Source: Eledone cirrhosa
Taxonomy: Eukaryota
Direction: 5' to 3'
Length of the DNA: 64,000 nt
Assembly: GCA_964016885.1 (NCBI GenBank)
Contig: OZ024743.1
Coordinates: 294,624,001-294,688,000 of the forward strand
The first letter of the stretch is position 1; each line of letters starts with the position of its first letter. This document shows positions 1-14,742 of this stretch, in pieces. Made by a program: the position numbers and the translations under genes. The notes under the pieces are model-generated. The model was not told where the DNA came from and made no database searches. It saw nothing but the letters and a program-made list of their open reading frames with translations.

Positions 1-1190
1 TTGAAAGGTTAATAATAAAAAGCGGTTCCCAGCCCTTGGCCGCATAGGCAGCACCTGCTGCCTTTGAGCTAAGTACACCATGTCAATTATTTTGTTTAAA
101 AAGTTATATGGCACCTATTTTTCTCTAAGTATAAACATTACTTTTTACGATCCTCATTTTCACCGATAACAATCAGGTAGGGGAATAATTGTAATGAAAT
201 GTCTGTGAGAATAATTATTTAGATAAATTGAGGTAATAAAAAGTTTAGGGGCCATTAGTCTCAAGTTACAACTGGCACTACATTGTCAATAGTGTATTTT
301 CCGTCTTTACATGGTCCAACATGTAATTTATCTATGATTGCAGTGTGTGAAGTTAACAGCGTTTAGACTGCTAACTCGAGCAAGGGAATGACTTCCTAGA
401 GGCTCACTGTTCGACACGTAATCTGATTTCGTGGTCAATTGCCTGTAAAATTGTAATTTGCTTTAAGTGACTTTGCTCTCGACGTAAATCACGATTTCAA
501 GATATTTGAATAAGAGAACAAATTATCTATTGACGCATAGATTTCAAATGCTACATTACATAATTTTGCAGTATCCTTTTGGTAGGTTAGATGTCCCACT
601 TGCATTGTTAGTGTAGACGTTAATTTTATTGTTTTGTTCTTAGAGTTGTCATTAAAATATCTATTGTTGATGGCATTTTTTTGTTGTTTTGTTTTTTTTT
701 GCTACTTATGACATTGCATGTTTATTTTGAGAAAACTAAACTCAAAAGGAAACAACAGTCTATTAAACTGACTGGTAAGATAAAAACGCCGGAAGGATAA
801 AATATAAATACAACTAGATTTGAAACTATATCGTAAATCGTTGTTACTAAATATCAGAAGGCATTGTGTTCGTGATTCTAACAGTTCTGCTGATTGGTCA
901 CCTTTAATAATAGCTTCATTATTCGATCGTTGAACAGTTCTGGCAAAGGCCGCTATTAATCACAATAAATAAAAGTATGTAACAATTATAAAAAGGTTTA
1001 AATTAGTTGAATGAAATTTATAAAAACGCTGGCGTGTTTATACAAAAAATAATAGTAAGAAAAATACTTTAAATGCGAGACAGTAGTTACAAATACTGAA
1101 AAAGCTAGACTCTAGGAACAATTTTTCCTAAGCGTAAAACTAATGAGACTTTGTGGTTTTACATCTCTGTGTTTGTGTTATATATTCTTG

Positions 1191-1291
<101 letters not shown>

Positions 1292-1348
1292 CAACCAGCA
1301 GTATTCTTCTCACCCATATTGTCATATATATATATATATATATATATA

Positions 1349-3119
1349 GTAATAATAATAAATTTGAAGACTAAAATCCAAAGAGGGCTCGATAAGGATA
1401 AATATATATCAAATATATAAGAACCGTAGAGCAAATATTTATTAAAATAAAAGATTAAAGTTTAAGCAAAGAATCGCTGTTTTCACCCTTAACGGAATCT
1501 TCTGAAACTAAAAAAGTCACTCTGTAAACGCAGAAGTGGATATTTCAAAAAACGTAGCAACCGGAGGAAGACAGCAAGACGATACTTTGGTTCGTGGAAA
1601 CGTTCCCTGGCAAAGAACGGTAAAAAACGAATATAATACGTTATTAATAGGAGCGGTGAAAAACAATTACACGCAAAGACAGAATCACGTTTAAGGTATA
1701 AAAGAAGTCGTAGACTAATGTTCTCTTAGGTGGTTCATAGAGACGTTCTCTGGCAATGAACGGAAAAAACGAAGATAATACGTCATATGTGGAGCGTGGA
1801 GAACAATTGCAAGCAAAGGCAAAACCACGTAAATGGTATAGCTGAAGTCGTAGACTAAATTCTAACTAGGAAACCGAATGAATCTCCGCTTCAGAGTATA
1901 TAAATACACTACAGAGGTAATAGAAATTAAATAAATGCATACACGCATGCAAATACGTACATACACAAGCATGCGCAAAATACTCGCCATAGGTATACAA
2001 AACATCGCACATATAAACATGTGTGTGTGTGTGTGTGTGTGCGTGTATACAAATAATTAAATAATTAAATAAACGTATATAAATAAATAAATACGTATAT
2101 AACAAGCGCACACACATACCTACATGTAAATACACAAATGTGCGGAGACGTAAGTCAACCAAAACATAAAGTACACATATACACACACCCTACATACGTA
2201 CGAACCTGCATACTCACGCAGACGCAAAACTCCCGTATACACATAACCAAACCATATGTACCAGAATATATAGAAAATTTATACGCCATAACATAATCAA
2301 TCAAATATACGTATAAAAAAGTATACGTACCGTCACGAAACATACAGGTAATATATACTTACCTATGCAAATAAGTAATGGTATAAACAAAACATATACT
2401 TAGCTACCACATCAAGACGTAAAATATCCACGTACAGATCGAACTATCCGTTAGGGTATAATGTGGGGCTGTAATACAGGAAAGGTTTGTGCAATTTATG
2501 TTTACAAGCCGAAATTGCCTCAGATTTTTTGTTTAAGATGTGGTCTGTGGCTTAGAGTATTTCCAGGGCCTCAGCGGCGTAGAGGTCACATGGTCTTTTA
2601 TTTCCATTATACGATCTAGCCCTAGCTAGGATCACCCAGTGTAACTTATATTGGGTGTGGTTGTCTTTTAGACTCCAGATATAAGCTGAAAGTGACGTCA
2701 TATTCCTTCTTAGAGGGTAACGAAAAGAATGGGTATGCATGTAAAGACGTTGCATAAATCTATTGGCGGTTAACCCTATGTAGGCCCTACGGGACGTGGG
2801 TGTTTCAACCTTACATTTGTAGACAATCTTATTAGAGAGGCATTTCCTGGATTATACCATAAACGTGGTTCTGTCTTTGCGCGTACTTGTTTTTCACCGT
2901 TCCTATTAATGACGCATTATATTCGTTTTTTCCCGTTCTTTGCCAGGGAACGTTTCCACGAACCAAAGTATCATCTTCCTGTCTTCCTCCGGTTGCAACG
3001 TTTTTTTGAAATATCCACTTTTGCGTTTACAGATTGACTTTGTTAGTTTCAGAAGATCCCGTTAAGGGTGAAAGCAGCGATTCTTTGCTTAAACTTTAAT
3101 CTGTTATTTTAATAAATAT
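1349..3119 (-). mobile_element. 5'-truncated Penelope-like element: GIY-YIG remnant, 3' pLTR and upstream inverted partial pLTR
   Basis: Minus-strand GIY-YIG coding remnant at 2848->2451. Segment 2852-3119 is the reverse complement of about 1435-1702. Both ends abut (TA)n. Internal ~140-bp tandem duplication (1600-1720 and 1742-1860). Confidence 0.8.
2451..2848 (-). pseudogene. PLE GIY-YIG endonuclease C-terminal remnant
   Basis: Manual translation: KCLSNKIVYKCKVETPTSRRAYIGLTANRFMQRLYMH...TSLSAYIWSLK...CDLYAAEALEIL*...LNKKSEAISACKH. VY/YIG motifs and the LN..SE...C.H tail are typical of PLE endonucleases. One in-frame stop. Confidence 0.85.
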
Positions 3120-3130
3120 ATATATATATA

Positions 3131-3930
3131 ATGTGACAAAGGCAAAGGAAAAACGAGTGCTGTAAAAAATATTGTGTTGTTGAAAGTATGTGATAAAGGC
3201 CCATGGTGGTAAAATAAGAGAGAATGTTCAGGAAAAGATGAAGTCAAGAAGTGAATGATATGTAAAATAAGTGTGAAATAAAGTAAAATAAAATAAGAGA
3301 AATTGTTCAAGGTAAGGGAAAAGAAGAAATGAATAAAATAGGTGTAAGTATAAGTGTTGAATGTGTGATAAAGATCCATAGTGTTTAAAGTAAGAACGAG
3401 AGTTCAAGGTGTAATAAATGATAAGTATTGGATGTGTGAAAAGGAGAGAGTGTTCAAGGTGGGTAAGTGTCCAAAATGGTGTTTTTATACCGAGAAAGGA
3501 GGTGAGTTCTTATATGTGGGCAAATTTTGAATATCTCAGAATTAGAGTTAAGACAGGTGTTAGGAGATTTCAGATTCTCTAGAATTCTATATTTTTCTGT
3601 TACGCACACGGTATACCTTCTTGTGCCTTTAACATATTCTTTTGATTGGTCTAAGATAGACCAATCAGTTTCATATGGGATCCCACGCTCTTTCATCTCC
3701 CACATTCTATTTACCAGCGACGTGTGCATAGTATCTTTTTTTAAAGGTATCCTGGGTCATGCCCACATAACATTCTCCGGTAGAAGACTGGTTGGTTTAA
3801 ATAGGTCTCATGATTGCCTCATATACAACGGATTTGATGTTGCATTTGCCTTGCAAAGGATATTCACCTGGATTTCTGCATGAACATCCTGAGATTCTTC
3901 TGTCAGTTTTTACGGTGGTGATTTTCGAGA
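3131..3930 (-). mobile_element. Second PLE fragment (different family): GIY-YIG remnant plus 3' UTR
   Basis: YPLQGKCNIKSVVYEA...CYVGMTQDTFKKRY, then ORF 3454-3729 (WSILDQSKEY...CVTEKYRIL...LNSNSEIFKICPH). The 3' end runs into the (TA)n at 3116-3130. Confidence 0.8.
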
Positions 3931-5769
3931 TGAAAGTTTGTGGGGGGAGGAATTTCTCACCTCATAGTTTTACATAAAACTAATTCTAGTCCCTCAGTTC
4001 TCAAATATCATCAACACTGTTACATTTCTTTATGCATACGTACAATCAATAAAACATACACACACATCACATACACACAAACGCACACAAATTTAGCAAT
4101 TCATCCTAACCCAACCACCTCTGTAACACAATTAGCATATCATCTTATAATTAGAGGTAGTTAATAAATATTATCTCCTCATTGACGAAAGAACTCAATT
4201 GTTCATATCATTAACTTGCTGCTTGTTAAAATGAAAGTACAACAAACAAACAAGCGAAGAAATTTAATTCGATCTCCAGTAACATTAAACACGGGTTAAT
4301 CCTGAAGTTGCTCTCTCCACTACCGGCACAATAACACAGAATTTAAGTACTAGAAGTCACACTATTGATCAGACATGACCATGGATAAAACGAACTGCAG
4401 TAATTAACTGTGACATCTGAAATGATATTCATATAAGGAAAAGTGAGCCATGAAGCTCAAATAAACGGCCTTTCATCTAAGAAAAAAATTATAAATGCTA
4501 AAATTACGAAATACAATAAATTCTGAAATAATAATTAAAATAAATATAACTCCCAATTGCACACAAAAATGAACATGCAACAATTAGAATAAATTTGAAA
4601 TTATTGCAATGTGAGAATAATTGCTGTGCAGCCTTCTATTGCGATAATCATATTATTTGGATTAATTGCAGGTAGTATACAAAGAGGCGAATACATTTGG
4701 TTAACGGTAAATTGGAGTAATAAATGAATAATTGGCAGCATTGCTAGAATTATCACACCCGCTATTATTAGTGTCAAGATTATTATTACTGGAACGCTGA
4801 AGGATCTTCAGGGCATAGGCGGAAAATGTTTACAGGCATTTGTTCCAGCTCTTTAGGTACTGATTTCAATTTTGAATTTCATCCTTTTATTGTCTATAAA
4901 ATCTATCACCAGTCAAGTGCTAGAATCAATGTAATCAGGTTCCCCACATAACAAATATTACTGACTTTGTGCTTACATTTTAAATCATGTTTATCTTTAG
5001 TAGAAGGCTGAGAGATACATTAAAATATCGGACGAAATAACTTATGGTATTCTTTCCGGGTTCTTACATTCTGAGTTCAAATCTCAAATTACCATACGTG
5101 AGAGACATCCTAGATGAATACTCTAGTCATAATACAGCTTACCAGCTCTAGAGATTGACAAACATGTTTGATAGTGACTTGGAAGTAGCAGTGTGAAGGT
5201 ATGTGGGTTTGTGTTCGGGTATGCGGCACCCAATCTTAAAGTCATTAAATTCAGTGATGGTGGTACGTACTCTGCCTGAGAGAGACTAGTTATTTTACTA
5301 GCCAGCATCTACTGAGCTGGCAAAAATGATGTTTATCTGTAATTCAAATCACACGCGTTTGATGCACAATTCGATGCTCTGAATTTCTGAGAGAACTACT
5401 TTGAAGGTTCACACACGTTCCAGTAGCGTGCTTAGGCATATGAGCATTAATATCTCGACCAGGTTGATGGATTGTTTGAAATGAGATATACGCCGTAGGA
5501 ATCGATGGAGATCCAACAATTACTACAACAAATCAATCTTAGAACTGGAATATATCATCCACATGATTGGGTTTTAGTCTACGATGTACGACGGGGCTCA
5601 GTTAGATCAGAGTAAAGAACCCGATATGCTTTACTTTTGGTAGTTTACGGCAGTTCGTTAATCAGAGAGATGGGCTCACATATTGACCTCGAGATATTAA
5701 CGGATACAACTCATTAATTGCCATAAGTATATACTTTCGTCATTTCTTCTGTCACATGCACAACTGTTT

Positions 5770-6033
5770 AAAACTCTATTTGCCCCCACCCCTCTCTTTC
5801 TCCCTTCTGCATCCAACCCGCACACCGCTTGTCATATACACACTCCGAAAAATCTTTTCGAAAACTTTTTTTGAATTTATTCGGACCTTTATTCTGTTTC
5901 TCCATTGTGATCCTGTCTCTATTTTGTACTCCTGAAGAAGGACTTAAGCCCGACACGTCGAACTTTCTTTTCTCTTTCCAATATAAGCGTGAAACTAATA
6001 AGATTTTTTGTACTTCTGTTTGTTGTCTCCCTG

Positions 6034-6071
<38 letters not shown>

Positions 6072-6079
6072 CAGGGAGA
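5770..6079 (+). mobile_element. PLE-like 3' tail with degenerate hammerhead, ending in a (TA)n-centred palindrome
   Basis: CTGAAGA-aggacttaagccc-GACAC-GTC at 5932-5959 (GAAAC mutated). Pyrimidine-rich tail, then tctccctgaacaa(TA)n ttgttcagggaga. Confidence 0.5.
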
Positions 6080-6085
6080 TATATT

Positions 6086-6092
6086 GTGTGTG

Positions 6093-6175
<83 letters not shown>
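6086..6175. repeat. (GT)n microsatellite
   Basis: Direct inspection. Confidence 0.95.
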
Positions 6176-6176
<1 letters not shown>

Positions 6177-7206
6177 TGAGTGCGTGCCTGTGTGTGCGTG
6201 TCTTTATATGTGAGTAAAAGTATGGATGTATGAATCTATTATGTATGCATGTATTTATGTGTGTGCTAGCTGAGCTACCCGGTGATACCCGGGTATTTTA
6301 TGAAAGTTACAATATATTTGGCACACATTACAACATATATGACCATTCAAATATGCTGAATTTTAACCAAAGTAGGAATTATAGCAGAATATTTATTGCC
6401 GTTTGGTCAAAGTAAATCATCTAGATAAAAATATTACCTTTTTCCAATGGTGATTTTTTGAATACTGCTCCCTATTACAGTCAGCATATATAATGCTTTA
6501 CTCATAGATGAATCATTAGGTATGTTGTCAGTGAAAAGGGCTTGACCAAAAGAATACATTTAGATTTTTTTTATTTATCCTTTTCTTTCCTTTCTTTTTT
6601 CTTTTTTAGTCAATCTGAACCTCTGAAATTCAAATAACATGTAAAGACTATTTAAAAAACCATAAATAAAATAAGAAAATAAATTTAGCATTGGTTTACT
6701 TACACATTTCTGTAATTCGGAGAAAGTTTATTTCATTTTTGTACACTGTAGCTTTCACCAATCTTTGCCTCTATGGCAGTGGCATCTTGTTTGAGGGAGA
6801 TTTGTTTTCTATTTCTATTAGCTATACCAACAGTTATAGTGGTTCACATGACATACATAGATACATACACACACATGTATGTGTGAAAGACAGTTGCTGG
6901 TGATTTGAAATGGATTTTGTTAATATTTCTAGTAGATCGAGTTATCACATAGAACCATTTCTGTTTGCTTCATACATATATACATACCTGAGAAAGTAAG
7001 GTGGGATTTGAAGGAAATTTGGCTGCTATTTATACTCAACAAAATCCTCACTTATACTACTTTATATAGCAGAGGTACCCGGGAATGCCTGCATATTCTT
7101 CCAAAGTAACACCATGCAGTAAATTTGCGGCTTCAGAATTCCTTGCAAACTACATGACTAAAGAATTTGGATCTGTGTGTCATTGAATGAGGAATTACGA
7201 CATTGC

Positions 7207-9924
7207 TCATTCCAAAGCCTCTGGATAAACAACATTCTTGGTTTTACCCTGTGGTGCCACAATGAAGAGACAATCAGGGTTTCCAACCCTTGTTGTGCCA
7301 ACTTAGAGTTGACCATGTGAAAAGACGGGATCTGCCAGATTCAACCCAATGACTTTCAATGATTACCCTTGAGATTTATTTATGGTCATGGCAAAACTGA
7401 GCCTGATCGGAAATTGAAGTCTTTGAAATTCAAATAGCAAATCAGTTGGCTTCAGAGGTATTCTGGGAATGAAACAATTGCCACCATCAAATTTTTCTGA
7501 CATGATTGCAACTTCTAGAACATTGGACATCATATTTTTGATGATGAGTCTTGTGCCATTACAAAGATTTGGAGGATCGAGATTGCAAAATAACATAACC
7601 GATTGCTCCAAACTTCAGTATCAGGTCGTGTGGAGGAATTCCCGCTTGTTCAAGACTGTTCAAAAATTCAGTTGGATAGTTTACAACCTGGTCTTGAGAA
7701 GTGATTGTGTCAACTGATTTGTAGCATATTTTCTCTCCCGTTAACATCTCCAGCAGCCTTCTGTTGATTTCTTTCACAGCATCATTTTTCGGTGCTAAGA
7801 TTGCTCGTTCACAGAGCCATTTTGGATCACATTGCCTGGTCTGAATGTTTGGAAACACTCTGGCAATCAGTTCTTGTTCTGTGTCAATGATATGGCCAAA
7901 TGACAACTGAATATGGTCATTCGAGTCCTTTTCAAGAAGTCCATTTCCCAATTTAAGTAGTTGGATGGCAAACTCACTGACACCTTCGTAACCAGTTAAG
8001 TGCAATCGCATGGTGGTTGTAAAGCTCACCAGATGAAAGTGGGGCCAGAGATAGGATGTTTTCAGACATGCATTGATCTGACAGCTCGAGTCCCTCGAAG
8101 AATTACAGGCAGAGTTTGTCTGAAATCACCAGCAAGAACCATTGTCACTCCTCTCATTATGCATCTATTTCCTCTCAGATCCCTTATCGTCCGGCCCAAA
8201 ACTCCAATTTCTCCTTTATGGCTCATAGTAGCTTCATCCCAAATTATCATCTTGCATGTTTGCAGAAGCTTGCCTTTGGGTGAGCTCTTCTTGATGTTGC
8301 AAAAAGATCTATGGGCAGCTTAAACATGGAGTGTGCAGTTCTTCCACCATCCAGAAGTGTTGTTGCAATGCCACTTGAAGCCACTTCTGCCACTCAATAG
8401 TGATCATCCAAGCACTAAGCTCACCAAAGATTCTTCCTTCTTTTAGGAGCCAGATGAGTTTGTTTTGCTTTTCACGGGAAACCCGAGCAATGTGGTCATG
8501 TAAATGTAATGAAGAGATCTGGCCGACCAAATTTTCTGACATAGGCCATTGCATCTTGCGTACGTTCATGCATATAACGTGGTCCTCCCGTGAAGCTTGA
8601 TGGCAGTATGACTGGCTGGCCAATATTTCTTGAGTCAACATCAGAATTGATGGCATCTCTAAGGTGGATGTAGTTATCTGCCCTCAAATTAGTTTCATTC
8701 CTTCACAGAAATCCCAATCTTTCTGTTTCAATTTTGGCATACATGTCCACCATGAAATGGCTGGTTACTTCTTTGAATCGCAGAATTTCGTTGAAGTGAT
8801 CACGTACCATGAAATGTTAAGCATAGAATTCTTTGCAGCTGATTGATCGGCCAGTTTCTTGTCCCGTTCCTGGGCTGATCTGCCGTAGCTGAACATGATA
8901 CCCATCTTGACTATGCCAAAAGATGAGCGGATATTGGAGTGAATAATAGGCTCTATGAGTTTCACAAATTCGCTCCAAATGTCCACTTCGTTTTTGCAAA
9001 ACAATGTCACGTCGTTCAAACCATTATGAGTGCAACTTCATCAGTGACAGGTGCATTGAATCTGCATTCATGTTCTGAAACTGGGCGTTTGTCTGCTGAT
9101 GATTTTACGATCTCTGGTGTTGTTCATAAGCTCCAGTGCATATTTAAGTACACGTGATGTTGGTGAAGCATTTCTTGTAACTTTATGACTATGTAGAACT
9201 GCAATCCACCATGGACATTAGTACATCTTTGCTGTGCCATGAAGTAAACCTGCACAAATTTGTAAGGCTCCTGTGAAAGTGGCAGAAGGCCACACATTAA
9301 GTGATAACACTGTCCCTGAATTTTATAAGTTGTACAGAATCTAAAGTCAGTCATATTCCTGTCAGCCCCAAAAGATGTAATTTGAATTATATTTTATGAT
9401 GTTTTTATTGAAGTGTCGTGCTTCTGGTGTATGCTGAAGGAGCAGATTCTTCAGAAATTCAGGCGATTCTTGTATTGTTTCAAGTCTCACTTTGCCTTTT
9501 GAGAAGCATAGACTTGGTGTTTCTGCTGCCCACTTCTTGGCACCACAATACTGGCAGCATTTATTCATTTTCCCAATGTTGATTTGTGGATTACTGCTGT
9601 AGTCCTTTTGGACGTCATAAGAAAATGCACCCATCAGCCAGTTCATTTTACTTGTGGCTTGTTCTCCTGCTCGGGCAGTAGAACGATGTGCTTGATTAGC
9701 TTTTAGTCTAATTTGCTGCTGTTCCTTAATTTGTTGTTCTCGTGTAGCAGCAGTCTTTCTACCCTTTCATCCAAACGGTGTGTTCGTGCTAAAGCTGTTT
9801 GGGCTCTGTTAGCAGCTAGATGGGCATGCCGAACTTCTTCACTTTCTTCAGATCGCTGTGTCTTCTTTCTCTTAGCCTCTAAAGATGACCTTCTATATAA
9901 GGATCTGGAACGTTTTCTAGGCAT
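7207..9924 (-). pseudogene. Helitron RepHel (Rep + PIF1-family helicase), frameshifted and deleted
   Basis: N-terminal MPRKRSRS; Zn-finger-like CQYCGAKKW...CFSKGKV; Rep region PSSFTGGPRYMHERTQDAMAYVRKFGRPDLFITFT; helicase motifs VASSGIATTLLDGGRTAHS, IIWDEATM, LAGDFRQTLPV, LCNGTRL, QFPIRLSFAMTINKSQG, FSHGQL; ends KNVVYPEALE*. Confidence 0.92.
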
Positions 9925-9951
9925 TTGAAGTGATATTATTACACACCACAC

Positions 9952-10020
9952 GATAAAATAAAGTACCAGTAATGCACTGAAATAATTGCTGGCCTTGTGC
10001 CAAAAGTAGAAACAATTATT
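9952..10020 (+). mobile_element. 5'-truncated SINE inserted in the Helitron, with 17-bp TSD
   Basis: Matches the 3' part of the SINE at 34873. attattacacaccacac occurs at 9935-9951 and 10015-10031. Confidence 0.85.
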
Positions 10021-10489
10021 ACACACCACACTCTTTCCGAAATAGAAACAACTATAGAATGTATTGTTCACTCAGTAAAGTTGTTTTAAATGATCTCTTT
10101 ATAAGAATGTATATTAGGAGTAATTAATTTTAGACATACATTTGTAGAACATATTGGGATTTCAGATTGTATTCTGGAATTTTTTATCCAACATCCCCAA
10201 AAAAACGACAAACACTACAAAAAAAAAAATATTTTCAGTGTTAATTCAAATAACAGCAGAAAATAATATATTCAAATAATATCTTTTAAAAATACCGTTT
10301 TTTTTTGTTTGTTAAATAGATACATATATACAACTTCTATAAAAACATCGGTGATTTCTTTAGACATATGCTTTGATGATAACATATATCGTCTGCTAAA
10401 GAACGCCCCCCCCCCCCCCCATAACACACGCATATGTGTGTGTAAATGTATATATAAACGCGGACACACGTTCGGTAAAGAATCCCTCC

Positions 10490-11130
10490 AATCACCCTCC
10501 CTCTCTCCTGCCTCTTTACTTTTTTTCTGTCTCCCATCTTTTCTCTCCCCATCCGCCTCACTCCCTTTCTCTTTCTCATCTCCTCACTTTCTTCCTCTCT
10601 CTCATCCTCTACAGAATAGCAAACAAAAAATAAATAAAAGATAAATAACATTGGGAGAGTTAAGAAGTGTGTAAAAACAATAAATAAATAAAAGTTAATG
10701 AATGCTGGCCACTTTCCCGCTCTCTCTTCCATCCCATTACTCTATCTCTCTCTCTTTTTCTCTCTTACATCCCCCTCTCTCTACAGAATAGAGAACAAAA
10801 AATAAAGAAAAGATAAATAACGATAATGAAGCGGGACAGGTAAAAATTGTGTAAAAATAATAAATAAATAAAAGTTAAGAACGCTGGTTACTTTCCCTCT
10901 CTCTCTTTCATCGTCTTTCTCTCTCATCCCCTTACTCTCTTCCTTTCTCTCTCACATCCCCTTAGTCTCTCTCTCTCATCCACTCACCCTCTCTCTTTCT
11001 CTTTCATCCCCTTACTCTCTCACTCCCATCTCCCACTCTCTCTCTTTCTCTCTCATCCATTACTCTCTCTCTTTCTCTCTCCCATCCCTCACTCTCTTAT
11101 CTACAGACTGGAGAACATAAAAAAAACAAA
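10490..11130. repeat. CT-rich low-complexity region with ~170-bp tandem duplication inside the Helitron 5' region
   Basis: ctctacagaatag...gtgtaaaaa.aataaataaataaaagttaa...gctgg..actttccc at about 10607 and 10779, with a partial third copy near 11100. Confidence 0.75.
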
Positions 11131-11351
11131 ATGGATGGTCTCTTTTGATATTCATTAGAAAATAAGATAAATTGAATTTAAATGAATTCCTTGCTTTGCG
11201 AAGTAAAACTTTTTCAACCCTTACCTGTTCGAGTGTATAGTGAATATGTACATGTAATTTTGAGGAGTTTGGTCCGGTAGTTTGCTAGTTTTATGCTGAC
11301 ACACATAATCGTAAACTTGCATTTATATATAGATAGATAGATAGATAGATA

Positions 11352-11595
11352 AATTTCTTTATTAACCACAAGGGCACAAAAGAAGGGGACAAATACAAAT
11401 GGGGAGTTTACATACAGGTATATGAAAATAAAACTATTAATAAAATAACAAATAGCAATTGAAATCCCCAATAGGGGGGAGGCGTTACACAGGGGTTGTA
11501 CACACCCCGAAAAATTGTACAACCCTCATCTCCAGGAGTACCAAGAGTGAGTACTCCCCTCCTCTCTTCCTCTTTTCCTCAACCTACAGGCTTAT

Positions 11596-11596
<1 letters not shown>
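11352..11596 (-). mobile_element. Tx1-clade LINE 3' fragment (last ORF2 codons + 3' UTR) embedded in (TAGA)n
   Basis: Its terminus cccttgtggttaataaagaaa matches the Tx1 ends near 42000 and 47780. ctacaggcttata matches the ORF2 stop region at 48086. (TAGA)n on both sides. Confidence 0.7.
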
Positions 11597-11597
<1 letters not shown>

Positions 11598-11681
<84 letters not shown>

Positions 11682-11740
11682 GCATGTATGTATGCATGTA
11701 TGTATGCATGTATGTACGTACGTATGTATATGTATGTATA
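11598..11740. repeat. (TAGA)n followed by (TATG)n
   Basis: Direct inspection. Confidence 0.95.
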
Positions 11741-11977
11741 TGACGACAGCGATCTACTTCTCATATCATGATATAACTGTGACATACACATTCCGATATT
11801 TTAAGTAGAGAATTACATGTTTTAGGAATAGGTAAGAGAGCAAATAATAAAACTATTTATATATTTCTATTGTAATGAGATGTTAGCGAATTATTCTCGT
11901 AGCCTGATGTCTATGCCGACAACTAATGCGTGTCTCCATTTCATAATATATATAATATAGGCAGGACAAAGAATAGC

Positions 11978-13170
<1,193 letters not shown>

Positions 13171-13598
13171 ATATATATACGCACATAGATGTAAATGCAT
13201 TTCACATCAACAGGAAGAATATACATATGTATAATCTTCCTTTCGCACCAATAATGGCTTTATGTTATCACCATCCATCAGGCTGATAGTAATAATCTTT
13301 GTACGTCAACTTGGTGAAATGTTCAGATGATATGTGCTAAAAGATTTGATTTGAAATATGTGCTTCTTTACTAGCTGAATAGGGGATGATAGCTTTTTCA
13401 TTTTACACATGAATACACACACGTACATATATACATATATAGATACATATATACATGCATACATACGCAGATACATATATACAACTTACATAACAACTAT
13501 ATACATATATACATACATATACGCACATACATATATACAACTTACATAGCAACTACATACATATATGTTTACATACACCTACACATGCACGCATAAGC

Positions 13599-13637
<39 letters not shown>

Positions 13638-14123
13638 CGTGCGTATGTGTGTATGTGTGTGCGTGTGTGTGGGTATGCATTTTTGTATACATAATATATA
13701 TCATCATCACTCAACGCTGGTTATCCCTTCTAGGAAGCATTATATACATACTTACCTACTTGTGTACATATATACGTACATACATAAATATACGTGTATA
13801 TATATAATATATATATTATATAGATATATGTGCGTGTTTGTGAGTTTGTGCATATATCCGTTGTTTGGGTAGGTATACTTTTGCAAACATTGTACAATAA
13901 TGCATATAATTTCATCTAATCATTTATATACGTATTCAGACATTAAACTGGCACGTAGCCTTCACCACATACACCTGTGCGTATTACACGTTACCAAACA
14001 CTCCTCCAATCAGACGCATAATCAACGGATAATAATACAATACATAAGCAGAGAAAAGAAATGAAGAGAGACATAGAGAGCGCGTGTGTGTGTGTTAGAG
14101 AGAGTGAGAGAAATAGAATCATC

Positions 14124-14742
<619 letters not shown>

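Larger units (their letters stand above)
6266..11333 (-). mobile_element. Helitron, internally deleted, both termini present
   Basis: On the minus strand: 5' TCTATATATAAATG at 11333, 3' hairpin (tacccgg/ccgggta, 6276-6295) followed by CTAG (6266-6269), and RepHel fragments between them. Confidence 0.85.
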
